From the NCBI GenBank assembly GCA_965223905.1, contig CBDCXV010000010.1, forward strand, positions 1,088,001-1,152,000: DNA of 64,000 bases. Reading direction: 5' to 3'. The translations under genes and the position numbers were made by a program. The notes beneath the pieces were generated by a model. The model saw only the letters and a list, made by a program, of their open reading frames with translations, searched no databases and was not told where the DNA came from. Numbering within the stretch: position 1 is the first letter of the stretch; each line of letters begins with the position of its first letter. The stretch comes from Candidatus Latescibacterota bacterium. GTDB taxonomy: Bacteria; Latescibacterota; UBA2968; UBA8231. Positions 8,419 to 18,640 of this stretch are shown here, one piece after another.

Positions 8419-10257
8419 TCAGTCGTTTTGGAGCGACCGACCCCTCACCCAGTCCCGACTGTACCAATTTGCCTGCTCCCTCCACATACGTGCATACATG
8501 CCGTCGAGTGCCAGCAACTCTGCGTGGGTGCCTTGCTCGACAAGACGCCCTTCGTCGAGTACTACGATGCGGTCGGCCAAACGGGCTGAACCGAGGCGGT
8601 GCGAAACGAGCAGGGCTACAGAACCTACTGCCAGCCGGGCAAACCGCTTAAAGACGTCTGCTTCTGCCAGAGGGTCGAGGGAAGCGGTGGGTTCGTCGAG
8701 CACCACAACGGAAGCCTCCCTCATGTATGACCGAGCGATCGCGACCCGTTGCCACTCTCCGCCGGATAAGTCCGTGCCCTCGGCGAACTCTCTACCCAGC
8801 ATTGCGTCAAAGTCTCCGAGCCGCGTCAACAACTCACCTGCCCCACCCCTGCGAGCTGCCTCCTTCAGCGATTGATCTTCATCCAGTAGCTTCAGATTAC
8901 CAAAACCGATGTTGTGTCGCACCGAGAGGTGATATCTCATGAAATCCTGAAAAACTGACGATGTGTCCGCTCGCATGGACCTAGGATCCATCAAGTTGAG
9001 GGGCACACCGTCAATCTTAATTTCGCCCCCTGTCGGTTGGTACAACCCAAGCATCAGACGGACCATCGTACTCTTGCCCGCTCCGTTCGGGCCAACCAAC
9101 GCGATGGTTTCACCAGGCCCAATGCAGAAAGACACACCATCGAGGGCTGGATTGCTTTGACCGGGATAGGTGAAGCCGACGTCTTTCACCACGATTCCTC
9201 GAGTTCGACCGGCCGTTTTGGCGATTCCTCCCTTCTCTTCTTCATACGGTAGATCCAAAAACTGCAACAAATCCGCAAACCGGAGCACGCGTTCGTACTG
9301 CTGGCCAGACTGCGTCAACAACTCGGTCAGCGCGGTTTGGAAGCGACGTAACGTCTCGAACAACGCAACAAAAGCCGACACCTCCAACGCGCCGTTGACC
9401 GTTAACCAGATTCCAAAGGAAAGCGCCCCCACAAAACCAACATGCGATCCGCTATCAATGACTGCGCGACTCCTGCCCTGGCGATCGGCCAGCGCGACGC
9501 GGCAGTTCGCCAAAGGGCGAGCAAGCTGATACCACCTCTCCCGGAGATATTCACCTATCTGGAACAGTCGTATCTCCTTGGCGGCAGCGCGATCGGTCTG
9601 CAGTCGACTGAGATACTCGGACAGACGCGTGTTTTGGATCTGTTCCTTGTACAGCGAATATCGGCGCCGGCCATGCCGTAATCGGTTGAACATGATCGGC
9701 AGTCCGGCGACGACGACAGCGAGCAGTAAACGAATATCGTAGGAAATTAGGATACCAGCCAGAGACATCAGAATCAAAACGCCTTTCCAACTCTCGGCCA
9801 GTCGGATCATCATCATGATGAAGTCGCCGCTGTTTATGGAACGGCGCGCACTCACCAACAGATCAAAAAACTGAGGATCCTCGAAACGCTCCAACCTCAG
9901 TGCTTGGCTCTTCTCCATGAGCCGCTTTTGCAGCTGCCGCCGGAACTCCTCCTGCGAAAACGAATTGATCCAGATGTGCAACTGAAGCAAAAGCGACTCA
10001 AGCCCCTGGACTGCTGCTAGTAAGACGATCCAAGCCACAAGAGCCTTTAGCGGAGACGCGCCGAGGACGACGTTCTCAGCCACTCCGGTTGTCCGCTCTA
10101 GCACCCAAACGCCAGCGGATGGCAAGATCCCCAGCAATACCATATTCAACACGGTTACACTGCCGATAACGGGCACTGACCGTACGAGCATGACAAGCAG
10201 GGTCAGGCTCAAACGAAACATCGACAGCCATTTGCCTCCCCGCGTCTGCCCGTTCAC
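8419..10257 (-). CDS. ABC exporter, fused permease/ATPase (half 2)
   Basis: TM domain with AAKEIRLF; Walker A GPNGAGKS; signature LSGGEWQ; Walker B VVVLDE. A GTG start overlaps the upstream stop. Confidence 0.92.
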   Translation of the reverse strand: MNGQTRGGKWLSMFRLSLTLLVMLVRSVPVIGSVTVLNMVLLGILPSAGVWVLERTTGVAENVVLGASPLKALVAWIVLLAAVQGLESLLLQLHIWINSFSQEEFRRQLQKRLMEKSQALRLERFEDPQFFDLLVSARRSINSGDFIMMMIRLAESWKGVLILMSLAGILISYDIRLLLAVVVAGLPIMFNRLRHGRRRYSLYKEQIQNTRLSEYLSRLQTDRAAAKEIRLFQIGEYLRERWYQLARPLANCRVALADRQGRSRAVIDSGSHVGFVGALSFGIWLTVNGALEVSAFVALFETLRRFQTALTELLTQSGQQYERVLRFADLLQFLDLPYEEEKGGIAKTAGRTRGIVVKDVGFTYPGQSNPALDGVSFCIGPGETIALVGPNGAGKSTMVRLMLGLYQPTGGEIKIDGVPLNLMDPRSMRADTSSVFQDFMRYHLSVRHNIGFGNLKLLDEDQSLKEAARRGGAGELLTRLGDFDAMLGREFAEGTDLSGGEWQRVAIARSYMREASVVVLDEPTASLDPLAEADVFKRFARLAVGSVALLVSHRLGSARLADRIVVLDEGRLVEQGTHAELLALDGMYARMWREQANWYSRDWVRGRSLQND

Positions 10258-12326
10258 CGGTACCACTCCGCCTGAGTGTTGTACATCTCCCAGTACCTTC
10301 CTCTATCCACCATGAGCTCATCGTGGGTGCCCTGTTCAATTACTCGACCGCCCTCCATGAGGAATATCTGGTCAACAAACCTCGCAGATCCGAGACGGTG
10401 TGAGATGAGGAGTGTCGTCCTCCCTCTCGCGGCCGATTCGAACTGTCTGTACACATTCGCTTCTGCCATCGGATCAAGGGCAGAGGTTGGTTCGTCCAAT
10501 ATCATCACTTGTGGATCCCGCATGAAAGCACGGGCAATGGCGGTTCGCTGCCATTCTCCGCTCGACAGTTCGATCCCCCCATCGAAGGTCCTCCCAAGTG
10601 GAGTCTCGTATTTCTCTGCAAACCTCTCAACGACGCCGGCTATGCCGGCACGGACCGCGGACTGACGGACGCGCTCCACATTCTGAATGTCATCGACCAT
10701 TCCAAGGCCGATCACTTCCCTGACGGGGAGTTCGTACTTCACAAAATCCTGAAAAACGGCTCCAATGATTTTGCGAAGGCTGTGCCGGTCGATCTCGTGG
10801 ATTGGCGTCCCGTCAAACAGAATTTCGCCCGTTCCCAACGGATACAGACCGCATATCAACTTCGCCAACGTGGTCTTCCCGCAGCCGTTCTTGCCGACGA
10901 GAGCAGCAGACGTCCCGGCAGGGATTTCCATATCCAGGCCCTTTATTATCGGTTCCGCTGTTCCCGGATAGGAGAAGTGTAGGTTATTCACGCATATCCC
11001 TTGCTTCAGTGGGCCCGCGACACTTGTCAAGCCGATGCCCTTCGTAGGACTGCCCGGTAGCCAGTCATCGCCGACCGCCTCGCTCTTTCGGGCATCGGGG
11101 ATTGCGCTTTTGCCGCCAATTGGGATCTCACCCCTGTTCGCCTCTGCAAGGTCGTCATTGCGCAGAAAGTCCAGAACATATTGCACCTGCTCTCCGTTTT
11201 CCAAGCCCCAATAAAGGGCGTCTGCAGCTGCGCGCTGGGAATCAAAGTAATGATTTAGAGCCATGATCAGCGCTACGAACACCCCCAAAGTCACCTCGCC
11301 GTCGCCAAGAGACTGGGCGATGAACACGACCGCGCCAAAAACGAAAAGACGCTGAAAGATCGTCACCATCATGCCGAGCTTGAGATGATAGCCCTGCAGT
11401 GCCAAACGTTCTCGCGCCAATTCGCCGAAGAGCCTATCCCACCATCCAACTATGTAGGCTCCCAGCCCAAAGAGGCGGATCTCCTTGGCGGCCTCCCTCC
11501 CGAATAGCAACCCGCCGAGATAGTCGAGCCGACGGGTCGTCTCAGTCCGCTGAAAGAAAAGTGTGTTGACAGACGTCACTTCGGAAATTCTCAACAAAAA
11601 TGAGGGCACAAGCCAGGCGCAAGCGACGAGTCCCAGCACGGGCACATAAGCCCAAATCATCACGATCATGGTGAAGAGCGTTACGAGTTGGGTGCCCGAG
11701 CGCGTGAGATTCGACCAAAACCCAGTCACTGTGCTGACCGCGTTCCGAGCCCGCGTTATGGCGTCATGCACCGCCGCCTGCTCAAGGCTGATCAGATCTA
11801 CCTGCTCTGAACGTTCCAAAACCAGCCGCAAGACTTCGACGCGACCCCGTTCAAAGAGCCGCGCGAACGCGACCTCATGCAATACTCCCACAAGATGTCC
11901 AAGAAGCAGCCCGACCCCAAGGGCGCTCACCCACGGCAAGGCCCTCATGAAGCCATCCTCGACACCCGTGGCAAGCACATCGATCAGCTGCCTGCTCAGC
12001 CATATGGTGACCGCTGGCACTAGCCCACTCACCACCGTTGTACCGATGTAACACACGACAACAAAGGGATGAAGCGACCAGTGGAGGCCAACCGTAAATC
12101 GAAGCCACATGCCTAGATCGCTAGCGCTCTCTTGTGCGATCTTGATGCCGCCAAACAGGTAGCGCCACAGCGCAAGGAATATCCCGATGTCTTCTTGGCG
12201 GAAGGCTATATTGTGTCTCTCCGTCCGGGTCACTCCAACACTCCACAATCGGTTGGTGAAATCCTTACGCAAGGCGGGTTTCTTGCGCTCAACGCCAGGA
12301 TCACCCGCCAATAGGCACACAACCAA
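10254..12326 (-). CDS. ABC exporter, fused permease/ATPase (half 1)
   Basis: AAKEIRLF; Walker A GKNGCGKT; signature LSSGEWQ; MILDEPT. The true start probably lies downstream of 12326 (about 12233 or 12108). Confidence 0.9.
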   Translation of the reverse strand: MVVCLLAGDPGVERKKPALRKDFTNRLWSVGVTRTERHNIAFRQEDIGIFLALWRYLFGGIKIAQESASDLGMWLRFTVGLHWSLHPFVVVCYIGTTVVSGLVPAVTIWLSRQLIDVLATGVEDGFMRALPWVSALGVGLLLGHLVGVLHEVAFARLFERGRVEVLRLVLERSEQVDLISLEQAAVHDAITRARNAVSTVTGFWSNLTRSGTQLVTLFTMIVMIWAYVPVLGLVACAWLVPSFLLRISEVTSVNTLFFQRTETTRRLDYLGGLLFGREAAKEIRLFGLGAYIVGWWDRLFGELARERLALQGYHLKLGMMVTIFQRLFVFGAVVFIAQSLGDGEVTLGVFVALIMALNHYFDSQRAAADALYWGLENGEQVQYVLDFLRNDDLAEANRGEIPIGGKSAIPDARKSEAVGDDWLPGSPTKGIGLTSVAGPLKQGICVNNLHFSYPGTAEPIIKGLDMEIPAGTSAALVGKNGCGKTTLAKLICGLYPLGTGEILFDGTPIHEIDRHSLRKIIGAVFQDFVKYELPVREVIGLGMVDDIQNVERVRQSAVRAGIAGVVERFAEKYETPLGRTFDGGIELSSGEWQRTAIARAFMRDPQVMILDEPTSALDPMAEANVYRQFESAARGRTTLLISHRLGSARFVDQIFLMEGGRVIEQGTHDELMVDRGRYWEMYNTQAEWYR

Positions 12327-12416
12327 CCCTCGCCCACTATACCCTTTCGCTTTTGCTTCTCGCGGCGCAAAGCCGACCCTATCATTGTCGAATTGGAATC
12401 AACCATCTCAGGGGTG

Positions 12417-12723
12417 TTATCTTGGAGTTGACCCCGCATGTCGCGTAAAAACCCGCCGATGTTGACGGTCCCCCAGGGAGGGGGTGCACCGGTTGAGTAC
12501 CGTGATCAGGCGCATCATCCCCTCCACAGGTAGTTGGGATCGGTCTTGGTAAACTGTCCCAACATACGGGGGATAATGCGCCTGTACTACCTTGCCCTCC
12601 TCTATGCCCATCGCCGCAGGCCCTCTCCTCACCCACAGATTCTCCAGAGGAGCCAAGAAGAAGAATCAAGGCTACTATCGACAGGATAGAGAAACGACGG
12701 TGTCCCGTCGAGGGAGTCGGCAT
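12417..12723 (-). pseudogene. Possible degraded secreted-protein gene
   Basis: Signal-peptide-like RRFSILSIVALILLLG followed by short frames that switch register. Confidence 0.25.
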
Positions 12724-12759
12724 GTTGGTGCGTCGGATGGCTGTCGTGGGCGCCTGCCC

Positions 12760-12787
12760 TGCGATTACTTCAGTGCGATTACTTCAG
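12760..12787. repeat. Perfect 14-bp tandem repeat TGCGATTACTTCAG x2
   Basis: Read directly in the divergent intergenic region upstream of acoA. Confidence 0.85.
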
Positions 12788-12976
12788 ATAGATGCCGGAC
12801 TATCGGTTTATTTTTGCGGCGAGACCGCCGGTTGGTTCATCGACAGCTGAGGGCTTCAGCAGGTCACCGATATCGCCCCCACACCAATCAATAGATTTCG
12901 ATTTGGACACCGGGCACGTTGGGACTCGCGTCGACAGTTGCATATCTTTCCGGGGTATCTACTTGGGAGGTCAACT

Positions 12977-13981
12977 ATGGAACTCGACAAAGACAAACTG
13001 CTCAAGATCTACGAACGCATGAGCCTCATCCGCGAGTTCGAGGAGCGGCTGCACGTCGACTTCGCCACCGGAGCTCTGCCAGGCTTCGTCCATCTCTACG
13101 CGGGAGAAGAAGCCGTTGCGGTCGGCGTATGCGCCAACCTCATCGACGACGACTTCATCACCAGTACTCACCGCGGCCACGGCCATTGCGTCGCCAAAGG
13201 CGTCGACGTCAGGAACATGATGGCTGAAATTCACGGCAAAGCGACTGGAGCCTGCAAAGGCAAAGGGGGCTCGATGCATATCGCCGACGTCGACAAGGGC
13301 ATGCTCGGCGCCAACGGCATCGTCGGCGGCGGCTCTCCGCTGGCATGCGGCGCCGGCCTCACTGCCAAAATGAGGGCCACCAACCAGGTCTCTGTCTGTT
13401 TCTTCGGGGACGGCGCCTCCAACCAGGGCACAACCCTCGAGGGCATGAACCTCGCCGGCATCTGGAAGCTGCCGGTCATCTTCATCTGCGAGAACAATCG
13501 CTATGCCCAGTCGACTGCGGCCTCGTACCATGTCTCGGGAAATGACATTGCCGCGCGGGCGCGGGGTTTCGGCATGCCCGCGGCCGCAGTGGATGGCCTC
13601 GACGTGTTCGCCGTGTACGAGGCGACGCACGAAGCTGTCGCGCGTGCACGGCGCGGCGATGGCCCGACGTTCATCGAAGCTCAGACCTATCGCAACTACG
13701 GTCACTTCGAAGGTGACAGCTTTCTCTACCGTCCCGAAGAGGAGCAGGAGCTCCACCGTTCCCGTGACTGCCTGCACCACTTTCGCAGAGCTGTCCTCGA
13801 CCAGCACCTGCTGAGCGAATCCGAGCTGGCCGCTGTCGAGCAGAAGGCCAGAGACGCGATCGAAGAAGCGGTTGCTTTTGCCGGAGAGAGCCCTCGGCCC
13901 AATCCGGCTGATACCCTGACCGATGTTTACGTGGACTTCCCCGATTCACAATTGTGGCCATTTCAGGCGGCGCCGATATAG
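12977..13981 (+). CDS. acoA: TPP-dependent acetoin dehydrogenase E1 alpha
   Basis: LPGFVHLYAGEEA, STHRGHGH, GKGGSMH, TPP motif GDGA...ENN; GGGAGG RBS before ATG 12977. Confidence 0.9.
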   Translation: MELDKDKLLKIYERMSLIREFEERLHVDFATGALPGFVHLYAGEEAVAVGVCANLIDDDFITSTHRGHGHCVAKGVDVRNMMAEIHGKATGACKGKGGSMHIADVDKGMLGANGIVGGGSPLACGAGLTAKMRATNQVSVCFFGDGASNQGTTLEGMNLAGIWKLPVIFICENNRYAQSTAASYHVSGNDIAARARGFGMPAAAVDGLDVFAVYEATHEAVARARRGDGPTFIEAQTYRNYGHFEGDSFLYRPEEEQELHRSRDCLHHFRRAVLDQHLLSESELAAVEQKARDAIEEAVAFAGESPRPNPADTLTDVYVDFPDSQLWPFQAAPI

Positions 13982-13996
13982 AGGGGAATGAATGTC

Positions 13997-15019
13997 ATGG
14001 CTGACCGATTACTGAGTTACAGGGAAGCACTGAACGAGGCGCTGCGCGAGGAAATGCGGCGCGACCCCGCCGTGGTTCTGATGGGTGAGGATATCTCCGG
14101 GGCGCCTGACAGCGATGACCCCGAACATTTCGATAGCTGGGGCGGCCCTCTGGGCGTGACCAAAGGCCTCATCCACGACTTCGGGCGCGAGCGCGTTCGC
14201 GACACGCCCATTACCGAGTCGGCGTTCATTGGTGCCGGCGTCGGCGCTGCCGCTACCGGCCTGCGCCCGGTTGTCGAGTTGATGTTCATCGGTTTCATGG
14301 GGGTTTGCCTGGACCAGATCACCAACCAGGCTGCCAAGATGCGTTACATGTTCGGCGGCAAGGTGAAAATCCCCTTGGTCATACGCACGATGATCGGTGC
14401 CGGGTTGCGCGCTGCGGCGCAGCACTCCGACTCGATGTACTCGGTCTTCGTCCACTTCCCCGGCTTGAAGGTCGTGGCCCCGTCGACGCCGGCCGATGCC
14501 AAGGGCCTCATCACTGCTGCGATACGCGACGACGACCCCGTGATCTTCTGTGAACACAAGGTGCTTTATGACACGAAAGGTCCGGTACCCGAGGGAGACC
14601 ACGTCGTGCCGCTGGGCAAAGCAGACGTCAAGCGCGAAGGCTCAGACGTGACCATCGTGGCGATCTCGCGCATGGTCCACTTCGCTCTGCTAGCTGCCGA
14701 CGAGCTCGAGAATGCCGGCATCAGTGCCGAGATCGTCGATCCGCGTACGCTCGTGCCGCTCGACCAGGACACCACCCTGAATTCGATTCGCAAGACGGGA
14801 CGGCTGGTTGTTGTCGACGAGGACAACCCGCGCTGCAGCATGGCGACCGACATCGCCACACTTGCCGCAACCCAGGCGATCGAGTACCTGTGCGCGCCGG
14901 TCAAGCTGGTCACGCCGCCGCACACGCCGGTGCCCTTCAGCCCGGATCTCGAAGACACCTATATCCCTTCGCCCGGGCGCATCGTCAACGCAGTCCACGA
15001 AAGCCTCGCGCACAAATGA
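13997..15019 (+). CDS. acoB: Acetoin dehydrogenase E1 beta
   Basis: DTPITESAFIG, AAAQHS, FCEHK and PHTPVPFSP motifs. An alternative start lies at 13988. Confidence 0.9.
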   Translation: MADRLLSYREALNEALREEMRRDPAVVLMGEDISGAPDSDDPEHFDSWGGPLGVTKGLIHDFGRERVRDTPITESAFIGAGVGAAATGLRPVVELMFIGFMGVCLDQITNQAAKMRYMFGGKVKIPLVIRTMIGAGLRAAAQHSDSMYSVFVHFPGLKVVAPSTPADAKGLITAAIRDDDPVIFCEHKVLYDTKGPVPEGDHVVPLGKADVKREGSDVTIVAISRMVHFALLAADELENAGISAEIVDPRTLVPLDQDTTLNSIRKTGRLVVVDEDNPRCSMATDIATLAATQAIEYLCAPVKLVTPPHTPVPFSPDLEDTYIPSPGRIVNAVHESLAHK

Positions 15020-15063
15020 CCTCTCTGCCCGACGTGCATCTGTTGCACCACTGAGAAAGGCTC

Positions 15064-16440
15064 ATGGCTACCGAAGTCGTTATGCCAAAGTTGGGCCTAA
15101 GCATGCTGGAGGGCGTCATCGTCCAGTGGCTCAAGCAGGAAGGCGAATCCATTGAGAAGGACGAGCCCCTGCTCGAGGTCGAGACCGAAAAGATGGTCTC
15201 CGTCGTCGAGGCGCCCGCTTCCGGTATCGTCGCCAGAATCCTGCATCCTGCCGACAGCACGGTGCCGGTCAGTCAGGTGATCGCCGTAATCGCCGAACCC
15301 GGCGAGCCCCTGCCCGACATCGCTCCCTCAAGCGAACCCGCGCAGGACACGACCACACCGCCCTCGCCCGACGTTGCCCCCGCAACGCAGCCCCGACCGC
15401 CGTCGCCGGGCGGCATCGTTCCGGCGGTTCCCGCGGCGCGACGCCTCGCCGGTGATCGCGGTCTCGACCTCGGCGGCATCCCAGGTACCGGTCCCTCGGG
15501 CGTGATCACGAGAGCCGATGTCGAGCGTGTCACGGCCCCTGCCCCCCAGGCAATTGAAAAAGTCGCCTTCTTCAGCGAAGGTCATCGCCTCGACGGCCTA
15601 CTGTATAGACCGCGTGATCTGAAACCGGGGGAAGAACGCCCGGCCGTCATCCTGTGCGCGGGCTTCACCTATCTTAAGAGCCTGGTCATGCCCGACATCG
15701 CCAGAGTGCTCAACGCCGCCGGCTATGTTGCCTTTATCTTCGACTACCGCGGCTTCGGCGACAGCGGCGGACCGCGTTGGCGACTCATACCCGGTGAGCA
15801 GGTCAACGACATCCACGCTGCGTTGACCTTTGTCGCCGATCAACCGCACGTCGATCCCAAACGCCTCGCCGTTCTCGGTGTCAGCCTGGGCGGTTCGAAT
15901 GCCGTCGTCGCAGGAGCACTCGATCGACGCGTGGGTGCTGTGGTGGCGATCGAATCGATTGGCCACGGTGAGCGCTGGCTACGCAGCCTGCGTCGCCACT
16001 GGGAATGGCTGGAGTTCGAAGAGCGCTTGAGTCAGGACCGCTCTCAACGCGTAAGGACGGGTGAGTCTTGCCGTGTAGACCCTCTCGAGATTGTAGTACC
16101 CGATCCCGAGTCTCGAGAATTTCTGGAGGCGGTGTACCAGGAATACCCGCAGATGCGATGTGACCTGCCGTTCGAGACCGGCGAGGCACTGATGGAGTTT
16201 CGACCCGAGGCACATGTCGAGTTTATCGCTCCGCGACCGGTGCTGTTCATCCACGGCGAGGACGACCGCCAGGTTTCTGCCGACGAATCGCGCTGCATGT
16301 TCGAGCGCGCCGCAGGGCCGTCTGAGCTTCACGTAGTGCCCGGCATGGGCCACTTCGACTGGGTCATGTCCGGCAGTCCGGGATTCACTCGGGTGACCGG
16401 CCTGGTGCTCGACTTTCTGCGGCAACACATGCCCGTGTGA
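15064..16440 (+). CDS. AcoC-like protein: lipoyl domain + E1/E3-binding domain + alpha/beta hydrolase
   Basis: Lipoyl-Lys EVETEKM; PSBD PAARRLA...GTGPSGVITRADV; hydrolase FDYRGFGDS, nucleophile GVSLGG, HGEDD, GHFD. Confidence 0.85.
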   Translation: MATEVVMPKLGLSMLEGVIVQWLKQEGESIEKDEPLLEVETEKMVSVVEAPASGIVARILHPADSTVPVSQVIAVIAEPGEPLPDIAPSSEPAQDTTTPPSPDVAPATQPRPPSPGGIVPAVPAARRLAGDRGLDLGGIPGTGPSGVITRADVERVTAPAPQAIEKVAFFSEGHRLDGLLYRPRDLKPGEERPAVILCAGFTYLKSLVMPDIARVLNAAGYVAFIFDYRGFGDSGGPRWRLIPGEQVNDIHAALTFVADQPHVDPKRLAVLGVSLGGSNAVVAGALDRRVGAVVAIESIGHGERWLRSLRRHWEWLEFEERLSQDRSQRVRTGESCRVDPLEIVVPDPESREFLEAVYQEYPQMRCDLPFETGEALMEFRPEAHVEFIAPRPVLFIHGEDDRQVSADESRCMFERAAGPSELHVVPGMGHFDWVMSGSPGFTRVTGLVLDFLRQHMPV

Positions 16441-16456
16441 TGATCGACGCCACACA

Positions 16457-17437
16457 GTGACCACCGTTGGCATCATCGCGAACCCGGCCTCAGGCAGAGA
16501 CATCCGCCGGCTGGTGACGCACGCCACCGTCCTCGACAACGAAGAGAAAGTCAACATCGTCCGCCGGGTGCTGCTCGGGCTCGAGTCGGTCGGCGTCGAT
16601 CGGGTGTGGATCATGCCCGAGTCGTACGGCATCGGACACAACGCCCTTGACGGACTGAAGACGCGCCTCGATATCTCGATTCTGTCGATGAGCACGACCT
16701 TCACTCAAGATGACACGAAGCGCGCTGCCGAGTTCATGGTACGGGATGGCGTCAGTTGCCTCGTCACGATCGGCGGCGACGGCACCAATCGCGCCGTGGC
16801 CAAGACGTGCGCCGACGTGCCCCTGGTGCCGATCTCCACCGGCACAAACAACGCTTTTCCCTCGATGATTGAGGGCACAATCGCCGGTATCGTGGCCCGC
16901 GGTGTGGCCCACGAGACGGTGCAAACCATGCCGCGGCTGGATGTGTTTACCGGCGTCGATGATGACGCCCCGGACGAGGTGGCCCTCGTTGACGCCGCGG
17001 TATACGAAGGGCACTTCGTCGCCGCTCGCGCGCTTTTGGATGCCACGAGGGTCAAGGAAGTCTTATTGACCCGCGCTGAAGCCGGAAACATCGGACTGTC
17101 TGCCATAGGCGCTCACGTGCACAACGGCAGCCGCTCCCCCGATCAAGGCCTATATTTGCGCCTGGAACTGGGCGGACAACGGGTGCTGGCTCCCATCGCC
17201 CCGGGCGTCGTAATCAATGTGAGCGTCGCGGAGCATCGGCTGCTGAACCCGGGCGACGAAGTCCTAATCGAGCGAACCGATCCCTATGTACTGGCCTTCG
17301 ATGGCGAGCGTGAGATGGCGGGACCGTCCGGCGAATCGGTCCGCATACGCCTCAATGCTCGTGGCCCAAGAGTCGTTGACGCCGCCCGGGCACTCGAGGT
17401 GGCCGCCAGCGAAGGAGTGTTCGTCGAGAGTCCGTGA
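16457..17437 (+). CDS. acoX: AcoX / ATP-NAD kinase-like protein
   Basis: GIIANPASGRDIRRLV, GGDGTNR, STGTNNAFP and AFDGERE motifs. Confidence 0.88.
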   Translation: MTTVGIIANPASGRDIRRLVTHATVLDNEEKVNIVRRVLLGLESVGVDRVWIMPESYGIGHNALDGLKTRLDISILSMSTTFTQDDTKRAAEFMVRDGVSCLVTIGGDGTNRAVAKTCADVPLVPISTGTNNAFPSMIEGTIAGIVARGVAHETVQTMPRLDVFTGVDDDAPDEVALVDAAVYEGHFVAARALLDATRVKEVLLTRAEAGNIGLSAIGAHVHNGSRSPDQGLYLRLELGGQRVLAPIAPGVVINVSVAEHRLLNPGDEVLIERTDPYVLAFDGEREMAGPSGESVRIRLNARGPRVVDAARALEVAASEGVFVESP

Positions 17438-17505
17438 CAAGTCACCAAGACCGCGAGATATTTGGGACCGGGCGGCGGTCATCTCTGATGGGAATCACAA
17501 TGTGA

Positions 17506-18564
17506 TTATCTACTCTGCTGCTCGGGGAAAGGGGCCCGCAGATCGTAGCGTCCTTCCTTCAGGACCGGTAAGGTGCCATCTGCGACCATCATGTCCAAGG
17601 GACACTCGCGCGTTGTCAACGGCATGGTCACGACGCCCTTGATGCGCAGGGACTCGAAGATCGCCATCATGATCTCAAGCGTGTAACGCGCCTGCCCGGC
17701 GTTACTGCGGTGGCTTTCTACCCGGCCTTCGATCCAGTCGATTAACTCTTGATACTGATCGGTGGAAACGGGCGGTGGATCGATCTCTTGCCAATCACCC
17801 TTACCCTTGGCACCGCGATGCAGCATCAGTGTGCCCTCCTCTCCCCGGGCGATCTTGCCTTCCGTGCCGGTAATCTCGGGCATTGAGATCACCGGACCCG
17901 GCAGATCGCCTTCATAGATCCCACGAGCCCCACCTTCGAAACAGACCAATCCCATGCATAGATCCTCGCACCTGCTGCGTCGCTCCCAGCGATCGGTGGT
18001 GCGGCTGACTTGGCCGATGACCCAGAGTGTTTCGGGGTCCGAGAGGTAATAGCGCCATGAGTCGATGGCGTGAGTGGCGGTGTTGAGCAGTCCGGCGTCG
18101 GGTTTGGCGATGTGGTGGACGATCCGCGGTTCGCCGATTGCGCCGGCTGCAACTAGGCGGCGAATCTCGTTCAGGTCCGGGTCAAAGCGCCTATTGTGGC
18201 CGATGGCGAGCTTGACGTCGTGCTCGTCGCAGGCGGTGATCATGTCGTCGGCGTTGCCGAGATTGTCGGCGATGGGTTTTTCACCGAGGATTGCCATTAC
18301 ACCGGCTTTGGCGGCGGCGACGGTGGCCGCCGCGCGCGCGCCCTGCCAGGTGGGAATGCTGACGATGTCGAGATTCTCTTTTTCCAGCATTACGTCGTAG
18401 TCGGTGTAGGTCGTCGGCACCGCATACTCTGCGGCCAAGCGTTGGGCTGACTCCTGCGAGATGTCCATGGCCGCCACGACCTCGGCGTCGTCGCGTTGGC
18501 TCCAGCTTCTGGCGTGCAAACGGCCCATGGCGCCGCAGCCGATGATTCCCACTCGATAAGTCAT
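17506..18564 (-). CDS. Gfo/Idh/MocA oxidoreductase
   Basis: GIIGCGAMG, EKP and GHNRRF motifs. Confidence 0.92.
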   Translation of the reverse strand: MTYRVGIIGCGAMGRLHARSWSQRDDAEVVAAMDISQESAQRLAAEYAVPTTYTDYDVMLEKENLDIVSIPTWQGARAAATVAAAKAGVMAILGEKPIADNLGNADDMITACDEHDVKLAIGHNRRFDPDLNEIRRLVAAGAIGEPRIVHHIAKPDAGLLNTATHAIDSWRYYLSDPETLWVIGQVSRTTDRWERRSRCEDLCMGLVCFEGGARGIYEGDLPGPVISMPEITGTEGKIARGEEGTLMLHRGAKGKGDWQEIDPPPVSTDQYQELIDWIEGRVESHRSNAGQARYTLEIMMAIFESLRIKGVVTMPLTTRECPLDMMVADGTLPVLKEGRYDLRAPFPEQQSR

Positions 18565-18640
18565 TAGCTTGTGGTCCCCCCCCGTGCATGGTCAGCGTTA
18601 TCGACATCAACGCCAAGATAAGGCATCGGCGGTAGCATTA

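Noticed and set aside
8162-8485. Small ORF between the ABC pair and the esterase as a RiPP precursor
   Set aside because: It has no recognisable leader or core motif and no modifying enzymes nearby. It may be a degraded 5' end of the esterase.
12911-12942. Sigma54 promoter for the aco operon (GGCACG ... TTGC)
   Set aside because: The GG and GC are not at the required -24/-12 spacing, and no acoR is adjacent.
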